In this document: positions 49,506 through 63,032 of the stretch, one piece after another
How the letters are laid out: each line of letters starts with the position of its first letter
How positions within the stretch are numbered: position 1 is the stretch's first letter
Assembly (NCBI GenBank): GCA_002269645.1
Contig: NIVC01002203.1
Location: forward strand, 44,502 to 108,501
Direction of reading: 5' to 3'
Length of the DNA: 64,000 nt
DNA from: Macrostomum lignano
Taxonomy: Eukaryota
Position numbers and translations under genes: made by a program
Notes under the pieces: model-generated
Told to the model about the DNA's origin: nothing
Seen by the model: the letters and a program-made list of their open reading frames with translations, nothing else
The model's database searches: none

Positions 49506-50172
49506 CTCAGTGTCACTCTACTCAGTGTCACTCTACTCAGTGTCACTCTACTCAGTGTCACTCTACTCAGTGTCACTCTCTCTTTAGTGTCACTCTACTC
49601 AGTATCACTCTCCTCAGTGTCACTCTCTCCTCAGTGTCACTCTCTCCTCAGTGTCACTCTCTTCTTAGTGTCACTCTACTCAGTGTCACTCTCCTCAGTG
49701 TCACTCTCTCTTTAGTGTCACTCTACTCAGTATCACTCTCCTCAGTGTCACTCTCTCCTCAGTGTCACCCTCCCCTTAGTGTCCCTAAAATCGGTGTCAC
49801 TCTACTGAGTGTCACACTACTCAGTCTCACTCTCTCCTCAGTGTCATCGCTCTACTCAATGTCACTATTCAGCGTCACTCTCTCTACAGTGTCACTCTCT
49901 CTGCAGTGTCACTCTCTCTACAGTGTCACTCTCTCTGCAGTGTCACTCTCTCTACAGTGTCACTCTCTCTGCAGTGTCACTCTCTCTGCACTGTCACTCT
50001 CTCTACAGTGTCACTCTCTCTGCAGTGTCACTCTCTCTACAGTGCCACTCTCTCCAATTTCACTCTCCTCAATCCCTCTCTATCCAATGTCTCTCTCTCC
50101 AATGTCACTCTCCCTAATGTCACTCTCCCCAATGTCACTCTCCCAAATGTCACTCTCCCCAATGTCACTCTC
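49506..50172. repeat. 15-20-bp CAGTGTCACTCTC minisatellite
   Basis: Mirror of 30205-30840, two 15-bp units longer near 50130-50170. Confidence 0.9.
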
Positions 50173-50179
50173 CGCGCAG

Positions 50180-50392
50180 GCTGCTCCGACCGCAGTCCAA
50201 GCAGCTTCAACGGGGCAGTCGGAGACGACGCAGAAGACGACGTGGACGAAGACGAAGAAGAAGAAGAAGAAGATGATGACGAAGTCGCGCAGCCCGCAGA
50301 CTCCGAGCTTGCCGACGAAGCGACATCTTCAGCTCCTCCGGCCGCCACGGCGATGGAGCTGGAACTGGACGAGCTGACGGCTGAGCGGACAG
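50180..50392 (+). CDS. pea3: PEA3-family ETS factor, acidic exon (copy B)
   Basis: GCAG|GC acceptor, AG|GTGCG donor, 213 nt. Confidence 0.7.
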
Positions 50393-50937
50393 GTGCGGCG
50401 AGTCTGGGACGGGGCCCCCGCTGGGGGAAGGGGGCGCCAGGGCTGTGGGCGGGCCACCGATATCAGGCCTTCTAATTCCAGTGCAGTCAAGCAGCGGTTC
50501 ATCAACAACATCATCATCATCAGAGGCAGCTAAACCCAGTGATTTGTGCGATTTCGGATTTACTGAATTTTCTCCTCCTTCGATGCAATCCGATCCCAGC
50601 GCCTAGGCGGGGGGGGGGAGTTGGCGACTCAGAAGTCAGCAAAGCAGCTTTGCAGCCGGGAGGAGGGCTTGAAGAAAAACTCATTTCCTGAAAAGAGAGT
50701 CAAAATTCTGCTGGCTTATTGCTGCTGCGAGTGAAACCCGGCCCTACCTGCGTTCCCTACGGACAGAGGGGAGAGGGCGAGGCGGCGGGGCAGTATAGCA
50801 GCCAGTCAGTTGCTGAAATTTGCGGTTTCAAAATTTCTATCTGGTGGGATTTGATTAGGTTTGCTGGTCAGGCGGAATGCGTGGCTTGGGGTAGGGAGTC
50901 TTGGGGGAGTTTAGAGGAAACCTGTGGGAAAGTCTGA

Positions 50938-51360
50938 GGGAAGTTTATGGAAGCTTGGGGGAAGCTGGAGGGAAGTTCATGAAAGCTTGGGGGAAGCTGG
51001 AGGGAAGTTTATGGAAGCTTGGGGGAAGCTGGAGGGAAGTTCATGGAAGCTTGGGGAAGCTGGAGGGAAGTTCATGGAAGCTTGGGGGAAGCTGGAGGGA
51101 AGTTCATGGAAGCTTGGGGGAAGCTGGAGGGAAGTTCATGGAAGCTTGGGGGAAGCTGGAGGGAAGTTCATGGAAGCTTGAGGGAAGTTTTTGGAAGCTT
51201 GGGGGAAGCTGGAGGGAAGTTCATGGAAGCTTGAGGGAAGTTTTTGGAAGCTTGGGGGAAGCTGGAGGGAAGTTCATGGAAGCTTGAGGGAAGTTTTTGG
51301 AAGCTTGGGGGAAGCTGGAGGGAAGTTCATGGAAGCTTGGGGAAGTTTTTGGAAGCTTTT
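50938..51360. repeat. 32-bp minisatellite, mirror of 29020-29440
   Basis: Reverse-complement units. Confidence 0.92.
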
Positions 51361-51763
51361 TGGGAGTCTGGGGGGAGTTTGAGGAAGTTAAAAAGGTTTG
51401 AGAAGGTTTTGCCGATATTTGAGAAGCTGTAGAATTTTTGAAGGACCTGAGCAACTTTGGCTATGGATTATGCTTATGGATTTCAAAGGTTGCTTGATGG
51501 TGATGCTGTTGATAAAAGATTTCGAGGAAATAAATGCTCTATAAAATACTTTATCCTCTTGTCCAAACCCCTGGCAAAAGAATTTTGGGATAATTCCTTA
51601 ATTCTGTTGAAATCTCCCAATTTTTCAGCTGGTCAACTCGGGGATCAGGCTGCAGTGACGCCTGAGTCAGCAGGTGAGATCTCCGTGAATGTTTCTGTCT
51701 GTTTGGTAAATTGAGACACCACTGACTGAGATGCATTTCTATATACATATCTATCAATTTTAG

Positions 51764-52125
51764 CCAATCTGCACCAGGTGCGACACTGCAAATCTGACAG
51801 CTACTTCACCGCCTTCTCAACACCTAACCATCATCCTCATCATCATCACCACTTGGCCCAGCCTCCGCCGCAGCAGCAGCAGCAGCCTCATCATCAGCAA
51901 GAAGCCAAGCCAGCCGATTCGGCAGCTGCCGCAGCCGCAGCAGCCGCCGCAGCCGCTCACTGCAGTTTGCGCCGGGCGGCCGCAGCCCTGGGTGGCCAAC
52001 CGAACAGGCGCGGCTCCCTGCAGCTGTGGCAGTTTCTCGTCACCCTGCTGGACGACCCCGGCAGCGGCGGCTGCATCTGCTGGACTGGCAAAGAGATGGA
52101 GTTCAAGCTCATTGAGCCTGAGGAG
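51764..52125 (+). CDS. pea3: PEA3-family ETS factor, ETS N-half exon (copy B)
   Basis: GSLQLWQFLVTLLDDP...MEFKLIEPEE|GTGAG. Confidence 0.93.
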
Positions 52126-52144
52126 GTGAGACTGGCGGGACTCT

Positions 52145-52816
52145 AGAGTGTGGGACTGTGAGACTAGAGTGCGGGATTGTGAGACTAGAGTGTGGGACTG
52201 TGAGACTAGAGTGTAGGATTGTGAGACTAGAGTGTGGGACTGTGAGACTAGAGTGTAGGATTGTGAGACTAGAGTGTGGGACTGTGAGACTAGAGTGTGG
52301 GACTGTGAGACTAGAGTGTAGGATTGTGAGACTAGAGTGTGGGACTGTGAGACTAGAGTGTAGAATTGTGAGACTAGAGTGTGAGATTTGTGACTTAGAG
52401 TGCGGGATTGTGAGACTAGACTTTGAGATTGGGAGACTAGGCTTTGAGATTGGGAGACTAGGCTTTGAGATTGGGAGACTAGGCTTTGAGATTGGGAGAC
52501 TAGGCTTTGAGATTGGGAGACTAGGCTTTGAGATTGGGAGACTAGGCTTTGAGATTGTGAGACTAGTGTTTAAGATTGTGAGACTAGAGTGTGGGATTGT
52601 GGAATTAGAGTGTAGGATTGTGAGACTAGACTTTGAGATTGTGAGACTAGAGTTTGAGATTGTGAGACTAGACGCTGAGATTGTGAGACTAGAGTTTGAG
52701 ATTGTGAGACTAGACGCAGAGATTGTGAGACTAGAGTTTGAGATTGTGAGATTTTTTTTGAGATTGCGAGGCTAGACGCTGAGATTGCGAGACTAGACTT
52801 TGAGATTGTTAGACTA
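52145..52816. repeat. 21-bp minisatellite, mirror of 27562-28233
   Basis: Its spurious 205-aa translation is identical in both arms. Confidence 0.92.
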
Positions 52817-53744
52817 AAATGATGAAGCAAAAAACAGCTCCTCCTCTCCCTAGCTAATCGTGTTTTAATTAATTGAAAATTTGCTTTTCCTCAAACCGCA
52901 GGCCGCGGGGTCTCAGACTGGCTGGTCTTGAACAGAGTTTTAACGGATTATGATTATTATTTTTATACAAACTGGTTAGAGTGAGCCGGCCCGCAGTGAC
53001 TCTCGCTGAGGATCAGGGAGATGCTGACTGAGTTTCATTAGTTTAATGGCCCCTAGCCTAGGCTGGGGAAAGCAGCAAAATTTTCATTAATTCACCCCCG
53101 TGTCCAGGGGCGTTCGCGCCGAAATCCTCTTTCAACTCTGCGAGTCTTCAGCTTCTCAATCCTCAGCTCCCTGTTATCTGAGGCTTAAAATCTAAGCCAC
53201 CAGAGAAGTCCTCTAATTAGGGGAGCATTGATCTTCGAGAGGGGTCTGCGCCCGTCCGTCCCCGCGCGCTCCGCCCTCCGGCCCTTCAGCTAGGAGTATC
53301 TATCCCTCAGTCAGGGCCTATGGGGGGCTTGAGTATCCATACCAAGGCCACCTTTCTCAATATTGATAAGAGAAGGCCGGATTATGAGCATAGCTGGAGA
53401 CTCTTCATTGGCTCAATAGGCCTCCACGATGCTCTGCGAGAATCGCACTGTTTTGTGAAATGGACACCGGCCTAAGATTCGAATTCGGACTCAAGTGCTT
53501 GAAGACATTTATTGTGTCGAAAATTGATCAGCAGGTGTTCCTATCGGTTGTATAATCTGGGCCTCGAATCAGCTTGACCACCGCTGCAAGCTCCCACCTG
53601 TACCAGCCTGACAGATCTTAACAACCGCTTCTAATTGGGGATAGAATTCTGCATATTGAAACTGTCAAACTGACACTCAATACCAATATTGCCTGTGGTT
53701 AACTAACTGCAGGTCCCACCTGTTATGCTTGAAGTTAGGTTGTA

Positions 53745-54470
53745 TTCTTAGAAATTTCATCTTTCCAGTTATTCTTATCTGTTTAAAATTCATACTTTCA
53801 GTATAGTTCATACTCTTGGAATTTCATATTTCCAGTGTAGTTTGAATTCTTAGAAATTTCATATTTCCAGTGTAGTTTGAATTCTTAGAAATTTCATATT
53901 TCCAGTGTAGTTTGAATTATTAGAAATTTCATATTTGCAGTGTAGTTTGAATTCTTAGAAATTTCATATTTCCAGTGTAGTTTGAATTCTTAGAAATTTC
54001 ATATTTCCAGTGTAGTTTGAATTCTTAGAAATTTCATATTTCCAGTGTAGTTTGAATTATTAGAAATTTCATATTTCCAGTGTAGTTTGAATTCTTAGAA
54101 ATTTCATATTTCCAGTGTAGTTTGAATTATTAGAAATTTCATATTTCCAGTGTAGTTTGAATTCTTAGAAATTTCATATTTCCAGTGTAGTTTGAATTCT
54201 TAGAAATTTAATATTTCCAGTGTAGTTTGAATTCTTAGAAATTTAATATTTCCAGTGTAGTTTGAATTCTTAGAAATTTCATATTTCCAGTGTAGTTTGA
54301 ATTCTTAGAAATTTCATATTTTCGGTATGAGTTCATATTCTTGGAAATTTCATGATCCACTATAGTTAACATTCTTGGAGATGTCATATTTGATATTTCA
54401 AACATGATTTAATAGTCTTGGAAATTTCATATTTTCGGTATGATTTCATACTCTTAGAAATGTAATATTC
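53745..54470. repeat. 35-bp minisatellite, shorter than its left mirror
   Basis: ~725 bp versus ~1085 bp. Confidence 0.92.
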
Positions 54471-55091
54471 CAAGTATGGTTCATATAGCAATTTCACTTT
54501 GTTAGAATTTCAACACCCCGATCGGAAACCGTGAATTGCTTGTTTAATAATAAAAGCTACCGCTTCCAACTAAATAGAAAACAAAATGCTGTTTGCTATC
54601 CGAGATTCGAGTCCCAGTCCCCCCTCAAATATCTGTTTAGTTTTGTGCAGAAATTTCAGCAGGCAAAACCGGATGACAGCGCGAAAGCAAACGCGTGCCG
54701 GGGGCCGGTCTTGAAGAAAATATTTGCAGCAATATCCAGTTCACCGCCGTGGCGTCCAGACTGGATATTAATAATCCCCAAACACCTGAGCTTCCTCCGA
54801 GCTATAGCTGGCGCATGGAGGGAAGGGGGAATGCAAACAGACCATAGCTATTGCTAGAATTTCTAGAAGACACTGGCCGGGACAGGTCACGTGTCTGTTC
54901 CGCGGAGGAAGAGCGCCGGCGCGCCACAGTAGTTTGCTAATAATCAAAATCAGCGCGCGACACCTGAGCATCAATAAGGCTGTAGTACAGGGGTCGGCAC
55001 ACTCCGGCCCGAAGGGAAGCCTCTCTATCCAGCCCTCGGGTCCTTTAAAACTTCACACAATATTCGGCCCGCTGAATTTTTATTGCTTCTT

Positions 55092-55456
55092 CTCAGATCT
55101 ACTCTCGCTTCACTTTTCTTTCTTCTCTCCCCTCATCTCTCTTCTCTCTTTTCTCTCTTCTCTCTCCTCTCTTTTCTCTCTCCTCTTATCTATTCTCTCC
55201 TCTCTTCTCGTTCCTCTCGTCTATCATTTCTCTCTCCTCTTCTCCCTTCTACGAGCGTATCTCTTCTCTCTCCTCTCTTCTTCTCTTTCTTCTCTTCTCT
55301 TTCTTCTCTTCTCTTTCTTCTCTCTCCTCTCTCCTCTCCTTCCTTCTTTTTCCTCTCTCCTCTCCTCTCTCTTCTCTCTCCTCTCTCCTCTCTCCTCTCT
55401 TATCTATCCTCTCTCATCTCATCTCTCCTCTCTTTTCCTCTCTTCTCCTCTCCTCT
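55092..55456. repeat. CT-rich low-complexity tract
   Basis: Mirror of 24609-24890, with extra sequence. Confidence 0.85.
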
Positions 55457-55730
55457 ATTCTTGCAAGCGAAACTTCCTACTCGATAATCATTAGAAATTT
55501 GTTCATCTTGGCATTGAGATTGGGCTGAAGATATTCAAAATTTCTCTGGGACAGACGAGTCGTCAGTATCTTTAATCCCGATCTCTTCCCAATTCTAGTC
55601 TATTATTAAATAATGTTTGCAATTCCAGAAACGCTATTTACAGTCATGCTTGGCACACACGCAGAATCAGACACGTCTCTCACCGTGCAGTATGAGTGGA
55701 GCCCCAACCCCAACCCCAATCAATCATCAG

Positions 55731-56053
55731 GTGGCCCGGCTGTGGGGCATCCAGAAGAACCGGCCAGCCATGAACTACGACAAGCTGAGCCGGTCGCTGC
55801 GCTATTACTACGAGAAGGGCATCATGCAGAAGGTGGCAGGCGAGCGGTACGTCTACAAGTTTGTGTGCGACCCGGAGATCCTGTACAGCATGGCCTTCCC
55901 GGACCCGCAGCCGCGCCAGGCGACTTCAACTGGCAAGAGCGGCGGCTCTGGAGGCAGCAGTGGCAGCAGCGGCGGCAGCGGCGGCGGCGGCTCTTCGAAG
56001 ACGGCAGCGCGCGGCTCGCAGTCATTTGATCGATCGGCTGACGTCATTGGCCT

Positions 56054-56093
<40 letters not shown>

Positions 56094-57020
56094 CAGCAGC
56101 AGCAGCAACACGACTTCATTATGGGACCGCTGCAGCCGCCGCCGAAGCAGCAACCTCAACTTCATCAGCACCAGCAGCCGCTGTCTTCCAACCATCAGCA
56201 TCAGCAACAGCAGCAGCTCCAGCAGCTCCATCATCAGCATCATCAGCATCACCATATCGTCGATCATTTCGACCCGGCCTCAACGCAGCCGACTCTGGAA
56301 GAGCTGACTGTGCTCGGAGACGACGGCTATCGGAGCTATTCGATCCAGTCGCAGTACGGCTCAGCTGCCGGCTACAGCAGCGCCAGACAGATCGGCTATC
56401 TGGATGGTCAGCCGTACGATGCCAGGCAGTACTGTGGCAGCGCCGGCGGCGGCGACAGCTACAGCCCCGGTGGCATCTACTTGAACTATCCGTACGGCGA
56501 CTGCGCGTCCGCCGCGGCAGCCGCGGCAGCAGCCGCGATAGGCCTGCCGATGCACATGTACTCGGCGCCGAGTCCGCAGCCGCAGGTGCAGCAGCAGCAG
56601 CAGCCACCGCATCATCATCAGCACCAGCAGGTGCAGTACGCGATTCCTGTGCCGATGCACCATCACCAGCAGCAGCAGCAGCAGCAGCAGCTTCAGCAGT
56701 CGATGCACAGGCAGCAGCATCTCGATGGCGCTGTGGACTACTATGGCAGCGGTGGGCAGCAGCTGGCCTACCAGCAGCACATGGAGTACTTCCAGCGCAT
56801 CGGCAGCTGCTCTCCAGGCGACTACCATCAGGCTATGTGCGCCGCGGCCGCCGCCGCCGTCACCTCCGAGGAGCTTCCAGACGATGACGAGACCGAGGAC
56901 GAAGAGGACGAAGAGAACGGCAAGCCGACAACGGCTGCTGCGCTGGCGGCCGCGGCGGCGGCGGCGGCGGCTACGGCGGGCGTTGACAGCGGCAAGCTGG
57001 GCAGCAGTTGCGTCTTCTAG
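55731..57020 (+). CDS. pea3: PEA3/ETV1/4/5-family ETS factor, last exon (copy B)
   Basis: Same ETS C-half; 4 aa longer in the first poly-Q; AATAAA at 57590. Confidence 0.95.
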
Positions 57021-57659
57021 AAGCTTCTGCAGCAGCAGCAGCAACTGGCCTGGCTGGCATTCTTCCTTTCCAGAGTCTCGCATTCGTTATTTCCGAATTT
57101 TGACATCGAGTTGCCCGAAGGTTGCCCCCCCCTCTCTTTTCCTCTTATCAACTTCTCCAAGCCTCTAGCACGTACAAACTATAACCTGTCATATTTTTGC
57201 CGCGTGTTTCTCTGTCCTTTCTTCTGCTGCCGTTGCTTATTTTGGTCAAAAGAAAATTGTTGCTTTCTCTATGTATGTCAATTCTGTTTCTCTTTTGTCG
57301 GTTTCATGGCTGAAATTTAATTGTTTTTATCCTGCTTTTTTCAGTACGAAATTTGTCATGTACGAGTAACTTCGCGCATTGTGTGTGCGAAAGCTCGACC
57401 ATCAAAACTGAAATTAAAAATGCCCCCCCCTGTGTTTAACAGCGAACAGCAAATTGATGTGGCACAAAAAATGGATGAACTGCACAAAATATTTGATCAA
57501 TTTTAATTTAGCATTTGTACAGCTTGTCAGTGCTGTCTGTACAGCCACAATTATAACAGTTGTGCACCAAATCGAGCTATATCTGATGAAATAAACTTTA
57601 ATAATTATACAATGTCCGCTGTCTGGTTTATTTGGTTTCTTTACTCGCCAGGTTGGTTC

Positions 57660-58450
57660 ATTGGATCATTGGGTCATTGGGTCATTGGGTCATTGGGTCA
57701 CTGGGTCATTGGTTCATTGAGTCACTGGGTCATTGGTTCATTGGGTATTTGGGTCATTGGGTCATTGGGTCATTGGGTCATTGGATCATTGGATCATTGG
57801 GTCATTGGGTCATTGGGTCATTGGGTCATTGAGTCATTGGGTCATTGGGTCATTGGGTCATTGGGTCATTGGGTTATTAGGTCATTGGGTCATTGGATCC
57901 TTGGATCATTGGGTCATTGGGTTATTAGGTCATTGGGTCATTGGATCCTTGGATCATTGGGTCATTGGGTCATTGGGTCATTGGGTCATTGGGTCATTGG
58001 GTCATTGGGTCATTGAGTCATTGGGTCATTGGGTCATTGGGTTATTAGGTCATTGGGTCATTGGATCCTTGGATCATTGGGTCATTGGGTTATTAGGTCA
58101 TTGGGTCATTGGATCCTTGGATCATTGGATCATTGGGTCATTGGGTCATTGGATGATTGGGTCATTGAGTAATTGGGTTATTTGGTTTCTTTACTCGCCA
58201 GATTGGGTCATTGGATAATTGGGTCAGTGGATCATTCGGTCATTGGATCATTGGGTCATTAAGTCACTGGGTCACTAGTTCATTGGGTATTTAGGTAATT
58301 GGGTCATTGGGTCATTGGGTCATTAAGCACTGGATCATTGGATCATTGGGTCATTGGGTATTTGGGTATTTGGGTCATTGGGTCATTGGTTCATCGAGTA
58401 ATTGGGTATTTGGGTTTTTGGGTAATTGGGTCATTGGGTCATTGGATCAT
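57660..58450. repeat. 9-bp minisatellite (GGGTCATTG)n, longer than its left mirror
   Basis: ~790 bp versus ~510 bp. Confidence 0.92.
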
Positions 58451-60052
58451 TGAATCTTCAACTTAATGATTAAATTGCGCAGCAGAAATCCTTTCAGCAA
58501 TTGAATAAAAAAATTATGCCCTATGTCTGAAAATCGAGTAGATGCCGAGCTGTTTGAGAACCCATGCAGTCACCATCGGGGGCGTGCAGCCTACAATGCT
58601 CTGCCGCCAGTCTGCAGAAGTCTGCAGTCTCGTCCACTTGTGTGGCTTTAATTGTCTTTCCCGGAGCTGAGGCGGTGGGGATAATTATTTAAATTGCTCG
58701 AACTGCTCTTCAATATCAAGCCTCTGCAGGTGAAGCGAAATTGCAGAACTCAAATCCATGTAGCTGCGCTGATCAATGCGGACTGGATTGAAAAATCTTT
58801 GCTAGAAATTGCTTTCTGGGTCACGCACACAACCAGCCGCTGCTGCCGCCGACGCCTCCGCTTCTGCTGCTTCTAAAAGCAGAACTGATGTCCCGCGCGT
58901 TGGGAATGGGAGACGAGAGAGAGAGAGAGAAAGCGTGTTTGGCACACTTGGAGCCCGCTTCTCTCTCCAGTGAGGAAGTTATTGGAGCAGTCAGCTCATC
59001 TTTATTAGACTCTGACTGACTGTCTCTGTTGACTTACTGAGCGAGGAGAAGAAGGCGCTCGCTCCGCGAGGAGGCGAGGTGGGGCTTACGCCAAATATCC
59101 CCCGCCGCTCCCCGCTCCCCGCTCCCGAGGTTTGCTAAAGGATTTTTCGCGACTATCCATTCGTCGCTTTTTTGTCTCTTCCCAAACGCCTGATTATAAG
59201 GTCAATCTATATATATGTACTGTTTGTACTGGCGACTGCCTGCCTGACAGCCAGTGATAATTTTGCCTCACAAGCATTTGTTCAGCACCTGCCTTTACTT
59301 TCCTTTTATTACATCTGCCTCACATTTGCTGCTGCTAATTCCCATATTGTTCTGCTCAGGGACTTTCACACGCTCACCCACTCTCTCTCACTCCTCAATT
59401 CCAGAATTTTCAATTTATCCCTTGACCATACAGTGTTAATTCTCTGTGATTCAACTCAACTAATAACTAGGTGTATGCCAGGGCACGATCGGCAGCGATA
59501 GACATGCAAGAAACTTGGTCTTAGGCGAGCATATTGAATGCTCTGTGCGAGCAGGGAAGCACCTGTTGGGGATTAGTCCTAGAGAGAGAGAGAGAGAACA
59601 AGCGAGATTAACAAATCCCAGCTCTCATGCGCATATGAATGAGAATATCGACCTACACTTAAATTTCATACAATTTCTTTTTTTCACATCCGGTCAGAGC
59701 CAAAAAACCTGCATGGCGATTCATGCCAAGGCGACAACATGCTAATTATATTTTTCGCACCTGCCTCACCTGTTAGAAGATGATCATTATTATAGCTGGG
59801 CTGCTACGAGCCGAAAAATAATAAGGGTAGGCATTATTAATTTGCGAACAGGTTTCCTGAGTTAGCTTGTGTGCGAGAGACGCTATTCTTTGTTATATTT
59901 TAATCCAAAGCTACTAGTGAGTAAATTCGCAGTTGTAATTCGATCAAGATTTAGAATTCTACGAGCTAAATACAACAAAAAACTTTGATATACTACTAGA
60001 AGAGCGTTGAAAAAGTAGTGTCTTTGTTATAGTGGAATCCTACTATATATGC

Positions 60053-61068
60053 AGATTCAAATTCAGATTCAGATTCAGATTCGAATTCAGATTTGGATTC
60101 GGATTCAGATTTGGATTCGGATTCGGATTCAGATTCGGATTCGGGTTTGGATTCAGATTCGGATTCAGATTCGGATTCGGGTTTGGATTCAGATTCGGAT
60201 TTCGATTCAGATTCGGATTTGGATTCAGATTCGGATTTGGATTCAGATTCGGATTTGGATTCAGATTCGGATTCAGATTCAGATTCGGATTTGGATTCAG
60301 ATTCGAGTTTGGATTCAGATTCGGATTCAGATTCAGATTCGGATTTGGATTTAGATTCGGATTTGGATTCAGATTCGGATTTGGATTCAGATTCGGGTTT
60401 GGATTCAGATTCGGATTCAGATTCAGATTCGGATTTGGATTCAGATTCGGATTTGGATTCAGATTCGGATTTGGATTCAGATTCGGGTTTGGATTCAGAT
60501 TCGGATTCAGATTCGGATTCAGATTCGGATTCAGATTCGGATTCAGATTCGGATTCAGATTCGGATTCGGATTCAGATTCGGATTCAGATTCGGATTCAG
60601 ATTCGGATTCAGATTCGGATTCAGATTCGGATTCAGATTCGGATTCAGATTCGGATTCAGATTCGGATTCAGATTCGGATTCGGATTCGGATTCAGATTC
60701 GGATTCAGATTCGGATTCAGATTCGGATTCAGATTCGGATTCGGATTCGGATTCGGATTCAGATTCAGATTCGGATTCAGATTTGGATTCAGATTCGGAT
60801 TCAGATTCGGATTCAGATTCGGATTCAGATTCGGATTCAGATTCGGATTCGGATTCGGATTCGGATTCAGATTCGGATTCAGATTCGGATTCAGATTCGG
60901 ATTTAGATTCGGATTCAGATTCGGATTCAGATTCGGATTCAGATTCTGATTCAAATTTAGATTCGGATTCAGATTCGGATTCAAATTCAGATTCGGATTC
61001 AGATTCGGATTCAGATTCGGATTCGGATTCAGATCGGATTCTGATTTCGGATTCAGATTCAGATTCAA
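60053..61068. repeat. 6/12-bp microsatellite (GATTCG/GATTCA)n, longer than its left mirror
   Basis: ~1015 bp versus ~690 bp. Confidence 0.95.
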
Positions 61069-61391
61069 TATAAAATTCTGATTTACATGTATGCAGATCT
61101 GGATGCGAAATCTGATTTGTGTTTCTTCTTTTAAGTCATAATTGTTGTACACTGGGTCGGAGATGTAAGGATAGCTCGCTTGACCATTTAAAAAATAATA
61201 AATGAAACAATGAATTGAACTAGCGGGTACTGCAGTTGTCTATTTATTTTATGTTTGGTAAACCAAGGGGCTGAAGTCAACAAAGATATGTACGCAGATA
61301 ACCAAGCGGTTTTTCTGCCTCAGACGCGCTTATAGTGCACTAAAACTGAAATTCGACCCACGACTCGTTGTCCTAGTAATCCTCGGGGCTC

Positions 61392-61841
61392 TTAGCCGGC
61401 GAAGGGCACCTCCCGGGGTGACACGCAGGACGGCTCGCTCATAACCCGGTACTCAGAGTTGCCGGACCACGGCTGGTAGAGAACCTTGAAGTCGCAGTGG
61501 AACTCTGAGGCGCCGAGCAAGTTCACTGGGGCGCACTTGGCCAAGTTCTCCAGGTTCTGCGCCTCGTGGTTCTCGCACTCGGTGGCGCGCAAAACGATGC
61601 TGAATTCGTAGAGGACGCCGGCAACCACCTGTTTGGTGCCGCGCACGAAGTTGAGCACTGCGTGGAATCTGGGGTGGCTGCTCAGCCGGTTCATCTCCAG
61701 AGTGGCCATGTCCAAGGCGCCGCGGAACTCAGACGATTTGACGTCTTCCTGTGTCAGCGGGCGCTTGCCGCCGATCAGGGAGCCAATGGCGACGCCGGCC
61801 AGACAGAAGGCGACAATGGATAGCATAATGACGCACTTCAT
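61392..61841 (-). CDS. Secreted type-2 cystatin (copy B)
   Basis: QVVAG and PW motifs; differs from copy A by V9I and P37S plus synonymous changes; TATATAA at 61973-61979. Confidence 0.92.
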   Translation of the reverse strand: MKCVIMLSIVAFCLAGVAIGSLIGGKRPLTQEDVKSSEFRGALDMATLEMNRLSSHPRFHAVLNFVRGTKQVVAGVLYEFSIVLRATECENHEAQNLENLAKCAPVNLLGASEFHCDFKVLYQPWSGNSEYRVMSEPSCVSPREVPFAG

Positions 61842-62189
61842 GTTTCTGTTGCAATGGTCGTAACAAAAGTTCAACTATGATGAGCAACTGGAAATTCGCC
61901 GGGATCTTACCTGAGAAGTTTCAGTTCAGAGTCAGGCTTTGTCACAAACTGTTTTTCAAGTGCCAGTCCCTCTTATATAAATGAACAGTCCCTGGTGCAG
62001 TCCAGTGGGAAGATGACAGTTGCACAATTTTCACATATATTAGATAACAAACATTCGCATGACGGCTCGGTTGTACATGCAGTATAAGTAGGGGCTTTGT
62101 TAGGAACAATTGTAAAATAGAGAGGCCTTTTGTCACGACAACGCGCGGCCAATGCATGCAGTTAGTCAGTGGGCTTGGGCATTCGCTCG

Positions 62190-62763
62190 CAGGCACGTCG
62201 TCCCGTAAAATGAGTGCCCGCGGTACCAAAATGAGTGCCCGCGGTGCCAAAATGAGTGCCCGCGGTACCAAAATGAGTGCCCGCGGTACCAAAATGAGTG
62301 CCGCGGTACCAAAATGAGTGCCCGCGGTACCAAAATGAGTGCCCGCGGTACCAAAATGAGTGCCCGCGGTACCAAAATGAGTGCCCGCGGTACCAAAATG
62401 AGTGCCCGCGGTACCAAAATGAGTGCCTGCGGTGCTAAAAGGAATGCCTGCGGTGCCAAAAGGAATGCCTGCGGCGCTAAAAGGAGTGCCTGCGGTGCCA
62501 AAATGAGTGCCTGCGGCGCTAAAAGGAATGCCTGCGGCGCTAAAATGAGTGCCCGCGGTGCCTATCTCGGCACTCAAAAATGATCGTGCCGAATCTACGG
62601 CGCCAAAAAATTACCTGAAGCACCAAAATGAGTGTCTTGCGGCCTAAATGAGTGTCTTCGGCGCCTAAATGAGTACTAACATTAATTCCTAAAATAATGT
62701 AGGAATTTAGTTATTTAAATTATTTGCTTTTGTCCCAGCCATAAAATCTAGGCGACGCCCCTA
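62190..62763. mobile_element. MITE-like element with a 21-bp array, mirror of 17732-18486
   Basis: GGCGACGCCCCTA terminus at 62751-62763; shorter array. Confidence 0.45.
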
Positions 62764-63032
62764 ATGAGACTTACATATAAAAGGTGCATGCCCTCTCGGA
62801 AAGCCGCCAGCGAATCGCACTTGCAAACCGGCGAGTTTTTTTGCGAGAGGGGTGGTTCCTACGTACATGTATACATGTATTGATTAATAAAAGAAGTAAG
62901 GTAGCCCGCAAGGTAAATCGCAACCGTTTGATTGTAAATAAGCAACCGTTTGATTGCGGCAGCTTATAAATTAATATTCACTTGAACATGTACGATATAC
63001 GTATATCTGCAATGCTTGCACATCCCATATGC

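Noticed and set aside
57006-57020. ETS C-terminus SSCVF as a CaaX prenylation box
   Set aside because: The Cys is at position -3, not -4
60032-61152. Long SD/NP/RFGF-repeat ORFs as Sdr-like adhesins or circumsporozoite-like proteins (also 19573-20326)
   Set aside because: All frames are open only because the 6-bp unit lacks stops; lengths differ between arms; no non-repetitive domain is attached
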